A stretch of DNA of 64,000 bases from Candidatus Parcubacteria bacterium (GTDB lineage Bacteria; Patescibacteriota; Patescibacteriia; CAIXNZ01), in assembly GCA_026395685.1 (NCBI GenBank), contig JAPLYG010000016.1, forward strand, positions 65,035 to 129,034, read 5' to 3'. The notes under the pieces were generated by a model, which had not been told where the DNA came from, ran no database searches, and worked only from the letters and a program-made list of their open reading frames with translations. This document shows positions 18,359 through 27,369 of this stretch, piece by piece. A program made the translations under genes and the position numbers. Within the stretch, counting starts at the first letter, position 1, and each line of letters opens with the position of its first letter.

Positions 18359-19717
18359 CTAAAGTCCTTTATCAACATTAATCGACGTGGCTGCATTTTG
18401 TACTGTTATAGGCGAAAAGTCGCTGGTACTGCTAATAGGTAAGCCCACTGTATAATTCACGAAAAACGGATCAGGCACATCTTCCACCAGACTGCCCCAA
18501 TTTGCGCCATAAAGGGCCACTGCAATGGCTTCCGTGGTAACCCAGCGCAAAGTACCCTTTGGGCCGACAGCGTAAACCTTGGGGTCAGTAGTGATTTTGA
18601 CCAATTTAACTCCGGGCTTATAAGTAACATTCCCGCCAATAGTAATAGTACCCAAATCCAAATCTGCGATAGTTACTATATTCAAAAAGTCAGGATACCA
18701 GGTTTTATAAGTATTTAAATTCGGAAAAACATAACGCTTACCGTCATTGCCAAAATAATAAAGCGCCGCGCCAGATGCCTTAATCAAATCCCCTGCTTTA
18801 TAGGCATTTACCGGTGTTGTGGGCGGAACTACAGGAGGAACTGCGATAGCGACATTAACAGTAATTTCTTCGCTTTGGCCTGGGTTACTACCCTGGTCAG
18901 AAGAAGTAACTTTAATCTTATGCTCGCCAGTGGCAATATTTTGCCAGACATATTGCCAGGTATAAGTCGTGTCATCAAAAATTGAAATTACATTTTTCTG
19001 CCCGTCAATATAAATAAAACGGTCTTTAATAGAAGTAGCGCCCTGATCACGAATCATGCCTTTAATCACAAACGAGTCGCTCTCAATTGTCTGGCCAGCC
19101 TGTAAATTTGTAAAGTTTACTTTTGGTCCCAGACTATCAACCGTAGTCAGCCCCACTACCTGCACATTATCATTAACAATATTTGCATTAGTCGGGCCAT
19201 TATTGCCTGAATCCATAAAAATACCCATATCACCCAAATCAAAACTTCCATTAGCATTAGTATCAATTAGTTTGGGAATCTGCATTTGGACAGAGCCTGT
19301 TTTAGTTATATAGGAAGAAATTTCCGCACTGACAAAATATCTCTGGCTGTCAGCAATATTTTCGCTCAAATTATTCAGATACCAGTTTTGCAGAGTGCTA
19401 AAGTAAATTAAATTCCCAATTTTACGGTCAATGCCCATGCCCTGAAAACCGACAGGTCCGTCATCAGCCCACAATGTCAGGTAATCAAGCTGGTACGCGT
19501 CAGTTAAAGTTCCCAAATTCTGCAGGCTTAGAGCTTTTAAAGTATCAGGCCTGGCTGTAACCAAAGTAAAATCAAAAACCAGGTTATCAAATGTACCCCG
19601 AAAAAAAGTATCATAAGGAACTTCAGTCTTAACTATTGATTGCGTGTCAAAAGCCAGGCTAAAATTTACGCTAAATAATACGCCCAAAATCACCAGAAAA
19701 AAAGTAAATTTTTTCAT
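18359..19717 (-). CDS. Secreted surface protein with Ig-like central region and C-terminal unnamed ~110-aa domain
   Basis: The likely start is MKKFTFFLVILGVLFSVNFSLA, a signal peptide. The C-terminal ~120 aa (ASGAALYYFGNDGKRYVFPNLNTYKTWYPDF...TDPKVYAVGPKGTLRWV...) are homologous to the S8 protease C-terminus and to the N-terminus of the 1198-aa protein. Confidence 0.55.
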   Translation of the reverse strand: MKKFTFFLVILGVLFSVNFSLAFDTQSIVKTEVPYDTFFRGTFDNLVFDFTLVTARPDTLKALSLQNLGTLTDAYQLDYLTLWADDGPVGFQGMGIDRKIGNLIYFSTLQNWYLNNLSENIADSQRYFVSAEISSYITKTGSVQMQIPKLIDTNANGSFDLGDMGIFMDSGNNGPTNANIVNDNVQVVGLTTVDSLGPKVNFTNLQAGQTIESDSFVIKGMIRDQGATSIKDRFIYIDGQKNVISIFDDTTYTWQYVWQNIATGEHKIKVTSSDQGSNPGQSEEITVNVAIAVPPVVPPTTPVNAYKAGDLIKASGAALYYFGNDGKRYVFPNLNTYKTWYPDFLNIVTIADLDLGTITIGGNVTYKPGVKLVKITTDPKVYAVGPKGTLRWVTTEAIAVALYGANWGSLVEDVPDPFFVNYTVGLPISSTSDFSPITVQNAATSINVDKGL

Positions 19718-19904
19718 AAAAAACAAGGTTAATTGAATTAATATATCCTGTCTATATTTTACCAAAATTAACCTGTTTCAACAACTAATCCAAAACCTTT
19801 ATTCGGTCATTACCAACCCCGGGGGCTTGGGGGATGAGAACGAAGCTCTTTTGTTCGCTTCAAACTCACACGTCCACTACTTCGATTTATTCAAATTTTT
19901 CTGA

Positions 19905-19990
19905 TTAAATCGCTTTCCCTTCACCCGGGGTCTGGGGGCCGAACTAAGCGCCGTTATCAATGCTACGAACTTTCCATTTGCACTAGCGCA
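19905..19990 (+). ncRNA. Candidate structured small RNA / terminator-containing element (family C, copy 2; partial copy at 19797-19850)
   Basis: The stem ctgggggcc...ggcccccag encloses conserved gaactaagcg / tacgaac / cat.tgcactagcgcattga blocks, followed by a T-rich tract. A perfect AT-rich hairpin ggtacttttt-gctgtc-aaaaagtacc lies at 19995-20020. It is homologous to 30867-30990. Confidence 0.4.
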
Positions 19991-20199
19991 TTGAGGCCCC
20001 CAGCAGTTTTGGCGGTACTTTTTGCTGTCAAAAAGTACCAAATATTCAGGAGATACAATTATTTTGAATTATAAATATTTTTTGCTTTGCACAAATCAAT
20101 TTTACCATATAATTTATTGTTTGAAGTTATATTTTAAGTTGTATTATTAACAATTAAGTTTTTACTTCAAACTCACCTGGCTCATTACAGTGGCGTTTT

Positions 20200-20246
20200 T
20201 TCAAATAACACAAAACCTCCCCTCCCGCAAAAGCGGAAGAGGAGGC
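20200..20246 (-). terminator. Intrinsic terminator downstream of the 1198-aa gene
   Basis: On the minus strand: cctcctcttccgc-tttt-gcgggaggggagg, followed by ttttgtgttatttg. Confidence 0.6.
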
Positions 20247-20288
20247 TTGGACAGTTTTAAGCTGCTGACAAACTTTGAAGGAGTACTA

Positions 20289-23200
20289 TTATGGCTTGAT
20301 CAAAGCTCCACCATATTGAGTGCCTCGGAAGATAATTGTACCTCTTTGGTAATCAGCAGGTGTTTGTTCAATGACACGCCATTTGATATTTCCGTCAGCG
20401 CCATCAGATAATGACATTTGGACTGAATCACCAGCAGTTGTAAGATCAGCACCAGTAGCTAATGAAGTATCCATGTAAACATAAACTGTCTTGGATAGGC
20501 CTGCCGGAATATTATAACTTCCAGCAACAATGGAGCCGAAATCCAATACAACGTCATCAGTATTTGCTGCTAAAGTAGTATCGGTACCTAGAGTTATGCT
20601 TCCATCTTTAAATGTAACAAGTCCAGCAGCACCCGCACCAGCCATATCCAAATGAACGATTACGCAACCTTCATTAGCAACAGCGCAAGCGCCATTATTA
20701 TTACCCTTAGTGAATACCAAGTCATCATTAGCACCAGCAGTAATAGTAAAGCTGCCGATTAGAGTACTTGCACCTGGGACTAAGTTTCCAGAAGGAGTAG
20801 CTGAAGTAGCGACAACCGGGAAATTCTTATAAGTGTAAGCATTTTGGATAGAAGTATTGTTCAATTTGCTAATACCGGTTACGCCAGTATCAGTTAGACC
20901 AAGTAATTTCTTGTTTGAAGAAACACCCAAGACAATGAAATCATTAGTCATAATTTGTTCAGCTGCATTCCAGGTATCAGCAGTGATAAGACCTAATCTT
21001 ACAGCGGCATCATTAATAGCGCCGGCTGCATAAGAGTTAAGGTCAGCACTGATTGTCATTACAGCACTGCTATTGACCGGAACATACATATCCAATTGGC
21101 CGTCAAGAAAAGTTACTGAGCTGACAACGCCAGTTGTTGATATGTCGCCAAGCTTAGTTTCGGTAGTACCGCTGGCATTCTTATAAGAAACTTTAACCTT
21201 AGCGAGATTTATTTCATTAGCAGCTGTTTGTAGTTCGATCTTAGCGCCTTTTACTGTAAATGCTTCGTCAACAGCAGATACTTTGTATTTTGACAATACA
21301 ACATCGCTATTGCCTAAAGTTGCCAAGGAAGCTAATGGAGTGCCGCTATCAACAGCAACCACTACATTACCACTGGTCTTTATGGTCTGCATTACAGTAG
21401 GAGTTCCGGCTAGTCCGTCAAAGTTGAAATTAGTAGCTGACAAAGTAGTTAATAAACTGCCAGTGCTATTTTCAACTTCCAAATCTTCTGAAGGTTTGAT
21501 ACTAACAGCAGTATATTTAGGACCGACTATTGTATTACGATAAGCTAATCTGACTGTTAATTTCTTTTGAGCGCCTGCTGGAATAGCATAAGCTAAATTA
21601 GTGAAATCAGCTCTATAATATTCACCAACCTGCCAAACGCCATCGCCACCTCCAATTTCTATCAGAGTTAAATTGACAGGACCCTTAACTAAAGTAGAGC
21701 CATCATATAAACTAGCTGTTTCAACAAGCAATTTAGCATCTTCATTACCAGTATAAATAACACCAACTCCGCCGCCATCAGTGTCAAAATCAGCATTATC
21801 ATCACCATAAACTCTAGCCTGTAAGCGATTCAATTTTAAGGAATCAGCAATACCGGCAGAAAGGTTAATGCCTAATGCATCACCAGCTTGAGTGCCTCTG
21901 ACAAAAGCAGCTGAGGTTGGAATACCAGCCAAAGTAACTGTTAAGCCAGAAGTTGTAACTGTCTGACTAACACCAGCAACTGAAGATGGGACAATATTGG
22001 TATTTAAGACATATTCAGAAGAATCATTGTCATAAACAAAGCTTGCAGTGCTTAAATCAAAGGTAGCAGCAAGAACAGTGCTATTAGGGGTCAAAGAGTC
22101 AAAATCAGCCTTGATTGCTAAATGTCTGGTTGTGCCAGCAGTTAAATCATAGGTGTCAGATGACCTTAACCAGCAGCCTGCATTCAAGTGAGCAGCAGTT
22201 GTACAAGCCGTTGCACCGCCTTGAGTTGTCTTAAAGCCGCCTAAATCAGCAGCATAAATCAAAGTTGTACCGCTGTCCAAGTCAACTAATTTGACATTCT
22301 TAATGTATGTTTCCAAATCATCATTAGCAGCGCCGGTTGTCTGTACTTTAAGATCTGTCTTTCTGACTGTTGCATTTCTTTCAGAAGAAACATTTACTTT
22401 CAAGATAGCATTGCCGTTTGTGTTTGCTGAGAAAGTAGTAGCTGCCGGGCCTGCGTTTCCTAAAGTAATTTGACCGCCTTGCATAGTAACAGTCTGGTCA
22501 CCAGCTGCATCATATGAAGGGTCAATAATGATATTAGCACCAACGCCATATAGAGCATCCTGGATATTTAAATCAGTTCTTTGGTCAACATAGAATTGAA
22601 CAGTATCGTTGGTTCTGCCGCCTGTAATATCAGCAAAAACAGAGAAATTCTTAACCTGGCCTTTGGCAACTGTAAATGGAGCGCCCAAGACAAAAATTGC
22701 CTTATCGCTAGACATTGCAGCAACTGAAGCCAATTCATAAGAACCCTGCTTTAATTTCAAGTTGGCAATATTGGTGTTTGTCAATTTGCCGCCTTGTCTT
22801 AAAGTAATAGCATAAACAGTTGCATCATTAAGACCAGCGGTAATAGAGAATTTAGCTAATTCTGCACCAGCTGTTCCCAAAGTAACATTCCAGTTAGCTG
22901 AGGTACCTCTGATAGTAACATCAGAAGCTGCAGCATTACCAATAGTCATCAAATTGCCCATTACACCGGCAACAGCATTGCCGTTGATTGACTGAATAGA
23001 CAAAGCATTTTGATCGGTTGCTCTAGCAGCATTATCAGTGACATCAACTTTTGCAGTCAAAGTGACAGAGCCACTGATTGCTAAATTGATGTTGGTGAAA
23101 GTAACTGTATTGGTATCAGAAGAAATGCTTCTGCCAGATGTTAATCTGGTATTGCCATTGTATAGGTAAACAGAGACATAGTCGCTTGCGTTACCTAAAC

Positions 23201-23885
23201 CAGTTCTCTTTAAGATAACTTCATTTAAAGTTCCGCTACCAGAAAGAGTGAATTTCAAGACTGGAACGCCAGTAGCTTTTTGAGCCAAGGTTGCAGCTGC
23301 TGGATTATCAGATGCCAATGAAGCATTGAAAGCAGCCTGGTTGCCGCCGGATAAGCCTTTATCAACATTGATAGAGACAGCGGTAGAAGTAGCAGTTGCA
23401 GGTACAAAATCAGCACATGCATTGATCGGAGCGCCGATTGTGTAATTTACAAAAAATGCGTCTGAAATATCATCAACCTTTGTTCCCCAAGTTGCGCCAT
23501 ATAAGCATTCAGCAATGGCAGCTGTGGTTACCCACCTTAATGTGCCGTTAGCTGCAATAGCGTAGACTTTAGGATCAGTGGTAATTTTACCTAATTTTAC
23601 GCCCGGTCTCATGGTTACATTACCGCCAATTGGAATAGCAGCCAGTTCAGCGTCGGTAATTGTTTTAACAGTTGAAAAATCAGGATACCAGGTCTTGTAT
23701 GTTTTCTCATTTGGGAAAACATATCTTTTTCCGTCAGCTGCGTAGTAATAAACAGCAGCGCCGGAAGCCTTGATCAAGTCGCCAGAAGTAACTGCTGCTT
23801 GAGCGACTGGAACAAATGCTGCTAAGCCGACAGCCCAAAAAATTGTAAGGACTACGACACTAACAGTAAAAATCCTTTTAATCAT
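20289..23885 (-). CDS. Giant secreted surface protein (1198 aa): signal peptide, the unnamed ~110-aa domain, then long Thr/Ser/Gly/Asn-rich beta-rich repeat region
   Basis: The signal peptide is MIKRIFTVSVVVLTIFWAVGLAAFVPVAQA. Then comes ASGAAVYYYAADGKRYVFPNEKTYKTWYPDF...TDPKVYAIAANGTLRWV. The remainder is low-complexity and Ig/beta-sandwich-like. Confidence 0.6.
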   Translation of the reverse strand: MIKRIFTVSVVVLTIFWAVGLAAFVPVAQAAVTSGDLIKASGAAVYYYAADGKRYVFPNEKTYKTWYPDFSTVKTITDAELAAIPIGGNVTMRPGVKLGKITTDPKVYAIAANGTLRWVTTAAIAECLYGATWGTKVDDISDAFFVNYTIGAPINACADFVPATATSTAVSINVDKGLSGGNQAAFNASLASDNPAAATLAQKATGVPVLKFTLSGSGTLNEVILKRTGLGNASDYVSVYLYNGNTRLTSGRSISSDTNTVTFTNINLAISGSVTLTAKVDVTDNAARATDQNALSIQSINGNAVAGVMGNLMTIGNAAASDVTIRGTSANWNVTLGTAGAELAKFSITAGLNDATVYAITLRQGGKLTNTNIANLKLKQGSYELASVAAMSSDKAIFVLGAPFTVAKGQVKNFSVFADITGGRTNDTVQFYVDQRTDLNIQDALYGVGANIIIDPSYDAAGDQTVTMQGGQITLGNAGPAATTFSANTNGNAILKVNVSSERNATVRKTDLKVQTTGAANDDLETYIKNVKLVDLDSGTTLIYAADLGGFKTTQGGATACTTAAHLNAGCWLRSSDTYDLTAGTTRHLAIKADFDSLTPNSTVLAATFDLSTASFVYDNDSSEYVLNTNIVPSSVAGVSQTVTTSGLTVTLAGIPTSAAFVRGTQAGDALGINLSAGIADSLKLNRLQARVYGDDNADFDTDGGGVGVIYTGNEDAKLLVETASLYDGSTLVKGPVNLTLIEIGGGDGVWQVGEYYRADFTNLAYAIPAGAQKKLTVRLAYRNTIVGPKYTAVSIKPSEDLEVENSTGSLLTTLSATNFNFDGLAGTPTVMQTIKTSGNVVVAVDSGTPLASLATLGNSDVVLSKYKVSAVDEAFTVKGAKIELQTAANEINLAKVKVSYKNASGTTETKLGDISTTGVVSSVTFLDGQLDMYVPVNSSAVMTISADLNSYAAGAINDAAVRLGLITADTWNAAEQIMTNDFIVLGVSSNKKLLGLTDTGVTGISKLNNTSIQNAYTYKNFPVVATSATPSGNLVPGASTLIGSFTITAGANDDLVFTKGNNNGACAVANEGCVIVHLDMAGAGAAGLVTFKDGSITLGTDTTLAANTDDVVLDFGSIVAGSYNIPAGLSKTVYVYMDTSLATGADLTTAGDSVQMSLSDGADGNIKWRVIEQTPADYQRGTIIFRGTQYGGALIKP

Positions 23886-24372
23886 ATTAATTTTATCCTT
23901 TCTTAACTCCTGAACAAATTTACGGATAAGAATATAAATTTTACCAAGCCCGAAGGCTCGACGGGGAAAATCCCCTGCCCATAAACTTTCAAAAGCCGAC
24001 CGGATAAATCCGACGTCGACCTTTACTTTTGAATGTTTAGGAACTTATATCCTTATTTAACCCGCGAAATCCATTCAAGAGGGTTAGTTAGCTACCCGAA
24101 ACCCGGATTTAATATCCAGGAGGGTAATTCCTATATACCCCCAAGGCATTTAGGAATCTGCACCAAAGGTGCAAACCCTGACTTTTCACTAAACTTAGTC
24201 AAAAGGCAAGGCCTGAACCGCACAAATAAATTTTAAATATCAAATTTTAAATTTAAATTGTAGGTGGATTGTGTTTAATTTTAAATTTTTAATTTTAAAT
24301 TTTAATTTTTGGAGTTTGTATTTTAATTTACAATAAATCATTTTCCAATATTTAAAACTTATAATTTAAAAT

Positions 24373-24756
24373 TTATAATTTTTCAAGATTCTTTTTATTC
24401 TCAATGGTAATTACGATTTTTGAAAATATCAGGATCAATTCATGAATTTCCTGCATTAATGGCTTGCCTTCAGTCTCTAACCCAGAGTTTGCCATAATAA
24501 CCAATCTTAACCAATATTTCGTTTCTTTTGCTTCTTTTTTACAGATACAAATTTTATTTTTAAAATCTTTCTCAGAACTTGCGCCATTTGCTTCATGATA
24601 ATTCGCTCCCACTTGTTCCTGACCTTACTATTTGTCTAATTATGGGTAAATTTACAGCGGTTTTGGGAATTTTTTTAGCAAATTTTATAATATTTTCGGC
24701 AAATACAATTGTTCTTTCTTCCAAATCAAATTTAAATTCTTTTTCCGACATTTATA
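24373..24756 (-). pseudogene. Four-helix-bundle protein gene (23S rRNA IVS / Avd-like family) disrupted by a frameshift
   Basis: The upstream minus-strand reading frame runs MSEKEFKFDLEERTIVFAENIIKFAKKIPKTAVNLPIIRQIVRSGTSGSELS and stops at about 24601. The family continues in another frame as GANYHEANGASSEKDFKNKICICKKEAKETKYWLRLVIMANSGLETE (ORF 24373-24612). The two halves together match the E-G-x-G-R-x-S-x-K-E-F...E-x-x-Y-W-L pattern of IVS-family proteins. Confidence 0.5.
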
Positions 24757-24836
24757 ATTTAAAATTTATAATTTAAAATTTTCAACTCATTATATTTACT
24801 TGCTATTTGGGATTTGTCTTTTGGTACTTCAATCAA

Positions 24837-26168
24837 TTATTTCTTTTCGGGAACAGTATTTACATTTGCCGGTTCTGGAATAGTTGCAGGCGCAGGTGTT
24901 TCAGCCGCTTGTGGCTTTGGCGCTTCCAGATATTCTTTATTTGCCTCAATAACGTCTTCAGCTAATTCAATGATATCATTGGCATCTTTTAATTTGGAGT
25001 ATGACCATAAAACTTCTTTAGTTATCAAATAGCCCTTGGATTCAAGTAATAATTTCTGAGCATCTGCTAATTTCACCTTAATTTCAGCTGGTGATGGTAA
25101 AACCACTTCAGGCGCCTTTACTTCAATTGGCGTTACATCAGTAGGCGGATTTAAATTAATATTTTCGATAGTTTCAACTAATGCTTCAACAGGTGTTTCT
25201 GCTGGCTTAACTTCGGTTGTAGCAGCAGGGGTTTCAGTCCCTGTCTCAATCGCAGTTGCCGCAGCTGCAGCGGCTGCTTTTTCTGCTTCAGCCTTGGCTT
25301 TGGCTTCTTCCGCTGCCTTAGCTTTAGCCAAATCATCAGCTATTTTTTTATTGACAATAATCTTATCTAAATCTTCATTATCTCTTCCTAAGCGATAATT
25401 TAAATCAGCCATTTTCTTTTCCAGACTTTGAATCACGGTATCCAGGGTCACTTCCTTACTGCCTGCCTTATATTCATTAATAATCATATCCAAAGCTTTT
25501 TCTGCCATGGCCTTAGAGGAGGTAATCGCTTCAAGAGTAGCTTCGGTCTTTTTCAAATCAGGATTTTTATCTTTTTGTTGGGTTAAAATCTCAACATAAT
25601 TTTTAGTCTTTTCATCCACTAATTTGGCAACTTTGACAGCGACATTACTGTCTGTTTTTTCCAGTTTAGCCAGACTGGTTTTCATATTATTGATGCTTTC
25701 CTGAAATTTCTGCAAAGAAACCTGGACATTTTCCTTTTGCTTGTCATCATTGACCGGCTGATCAGTGATTTTCTGCAGTTCCTCAAGCCTGCGTTCAGCA
25801 AAGGCTATTTCTAAATTAGCCTTTTTTTCATCATTATTGGCCAGATTGATTTTCATTCTTTCAGAAGTGATTTTAATAGGATACAAAAAATCGCCGGGCA
25901 AACTATTTTTTGTTGCGCCGACGGTCATAACATAACTGCCTAAAACTATGCCAAAAACTAATATAAAACCAGCTACCGGCTTATATAAAGAAACTGTTAA
26001 TCGTTTAAAAAACAAGGAGGACCAATTGATTTTATTCTGAACAGTGTCACTGGTCTGCGCCTTGATTTGAGACAGCAAAATATCCCGATTGAGCTGTTTC
26101 CAGGCTGCATCAGGTTTAACTTCATTTTTCAGATTATTCAATTGTTTTAAGAAGTCACGCTTGCGCAT
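24837..26168 (-). CDS. Putative anti-sigma factor (single-TM, DUF5667-like periplasmic coiled-coil region; Ala/Glu/Lys/Pro-rich C-terminus)
   Basis: It lies immediately downstream of the ECF sigma gene and is co-oriented with it. It has a cytoplasmic N-terminus, one TM helix (LYKPVAGFILVFGIVLGSYVMTV) and then LANNDEKKANLEIAFAERRLEELQ repeats. Confidence 0.5.
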   Translation of the reverse strand: MRKRDFLKQLNNLKNEVKPDAAWKQLNRDILLSQIKAQTSDTVQNKINWSSLFFKRLTVSLYKPVAGFILVFGIVLGSYVMTVGATKNSLPGDFLYPIKITSERMKINLANNDEKKANLEIAFAERRLEELQKITDQPVNDDKQKENVQVSLQKFQESINNMKTSLAKLEKTDSNVAVKVAKLVDEKTKNYVEILTQQKDKNPDLKKTEATLEAITSSKAMAEKALDMIINEYKAGSKEVTLDTVIQSLEKKMADLNYRLGRDNEDLDKIIVNKKIADDLAKAKAAEEAKAKAEAEKAAAAAAATAIETGTETPAATTEVKPAETPVEALVETIENINLNPPTDVTPIEVKAPEVVLPSPAEIKVKLADAQKLLLESKGYLITKEVLWSYSKLKDANDIIELAEDVIEANKEYLEAPKPQAAETPAPATIPEPANVNTVPEKK

Positions 26169-26326
26169 GTATTTAATTGAGTTTAAAGTTGAAAGTCAAA
26201 AGTTATAAAGTTGGGAGTTGATTATATTTTGGAATATTTTAACCACAGATTAAATTCACAGATAGCACTGAATTTCGAATTCATCACTCATCTATATAAT
26301 CTGCATCTGCAAGAAAAAATCAGTGT

Positions 26327-26893
26327 TTATTTTTCGCCCATTAGCTCCCGCAAGGCATTTGTTGCCCGATAAAGAATGACTCTGACAGCTCCATTTTTCT
26401 TTTCCACTATCTCAGCGATCTCTCCAATTGATAATCCGTCAACATATCGTAAAATAATAATTTCCCGATAATCATCTTTTAAACCCTGGAGCTTATCCTG
26501 TATTTTTTCCAGCTGAATCTTACTATCAAGTTCATCCTGGCCTTGAGTAATCATTATATTATCAACCCGCAGATTTTCTCCCCCGCTGTCCAGAGCATCC
26601 AAAGAAACTCCTTTATGCGCTGCTTTACGATAATAATCAATTACCAAGTTACGGGCTACTTTATATAAGTAAGCATTTAGGTTGGAAATCTCTTTGCCGC
26701 TGATAATATATTCCCAGGTCTTCAAAAACACCTCCGAGGTTAAATCTTGGGCTTCTTCCTTACTATTTATCTTAAAAAAAACAAAGCGATAAATCTTATC
26801 CACATAGAGGTCGTAAATCTTACTGTAGGCCTCGGGATCTTTATTTCTCGCTTTAAATAGTAAATATTTTTCTGTAATTATATTAGCTGTCAT
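26327..26893 (-). CDS. RNA polymerase sigma-70 factor, ECF subfamily
   Basis: Region 2 reads EAQDLTSEVFLKTWEYI...YLYKVARNLVIDYYR. Region 4 has the HTH LSIGEIAEIVEKKNGAVRVILYRATNALRE. Confidence 0.85.
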   Translation of the reverse strand: MTANIITEKYLLFKARNKDPEAYSKIYDLYVDKIYRFVFFKINSKEEAQDLTSEVFLKTWEYIISGKEISNLNAYLYKVARNLVIDYYRKAAHKGVSLDALDSGGENLRVDNIMITQGQDELDSKIQLEKIQDKLQGLKDDYREIIILRYVDGLSIGEIAEIVEKKNGAVRVILYRATNALRELMGEK

Positions 26894-26895
26894 TT

Positions 26896-26928
26896 TATAA
26901 GACGTGTGAATTAAAAAAATGTTACAAC
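26896..26928 (-). promoter_or_regulatory. Candidate ECF-type autoregulatory promoter (AAC-N16-CGTCT) just upstream of the sigma gene
   Basis: Minus-strand sequence reads tgtaaca-tttttttaattcaca-cgtcttataaa-ATG. The GTAACA / CGTCT spacing is as in ECF sigma promoters. The -10 is only about 6 nt from the ATG, suggesting a leaderless transcript. Confidence 0.35.
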
Positions 26929-27214
26929 CATTATAACATCTTTTAACGTGTTTTTATTATAACATGGAAACAAATATTGTTCAATGGCTTTTACTCCTTG
27001 CCAATAGCCAAATTTTGGGACAAATTGTGCATATCCTGTAACCTTGCTTTATTGAGTAAAAACCCTAAAAATAAAGGATTATGTTCTAATAATAGACACC
27101 TGCTAAGAAATAAGCTTTTCCAGCAAATCCTAGCTTTTGCTGTAATATTTTGGAGATAACGAATACCTCTTGTCAACCTTATCACTTTCTTGCTATATTA
27201 CCATTGAACCTTAA

Positions 27215-27369
27215 TTTTGTCCACACTAATCTAGACAAAGTAAATAGGCTGAGGGTTAAGGTAATGATGCTGGTAAGTGAATTAGGCAAAGTGAATAGTA
27301 AAAATTACCAATTACCTAACCCTTACATTTACCAGCATCCTAACACTAACACCATTCACCAACTTATAT
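27215..27369. repeat. Family-B intergenic imperfect palindrome (copy B1)
   Basis: The left arm is gagggttaaggtaatgatgctggtaagtgaattaggcaaagtgaatag. The right arm is ccaattacctaacccttacatttaccagcatcctaacactaacaccattcacc. It abuts the ATG of the 27370 gene. Confidence 0.6.

Noticed and set aside
17915-18381. Track ORFs 17915-18265 (-) and 18103-18381 (+), encoding repetitive NSGLP / PNLFGD peptides.
   Set aside because: They are translations of the REP hairpin array. Their reading frames are created by the repeat periodicity and are not independent genes.
24033-24236. 67-aa plus-strand ORF in the leader upstream of the 1198-aa gene.
   Set aside because: Its composition is not protein-like (MFRNLYPYLTREIHSRGLVSYPKPGFNIQEGNSYIPP...) and there is no RBS or promoter context. 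The region is more plausibly a structured non-coding leader.
24579-25032. Plus-strand ORFs 24579-24776 and 24814-25032 near the IVS-like pseudogene.
   Set aside because: They are opposite-strand shadows of the frameshifted IVS-like gene and of the anti-sigma gene 3' end.
20289-26168. Diversity-generating retroelement around the Avd/IVS-like gene and the giant surface proteins.
   Set aside because: There is no reverse-transcriptase ORF anywhere in the window. No TR/VR near-repeat pair was found at the 3' ends of candidate target genes when compared by eye.
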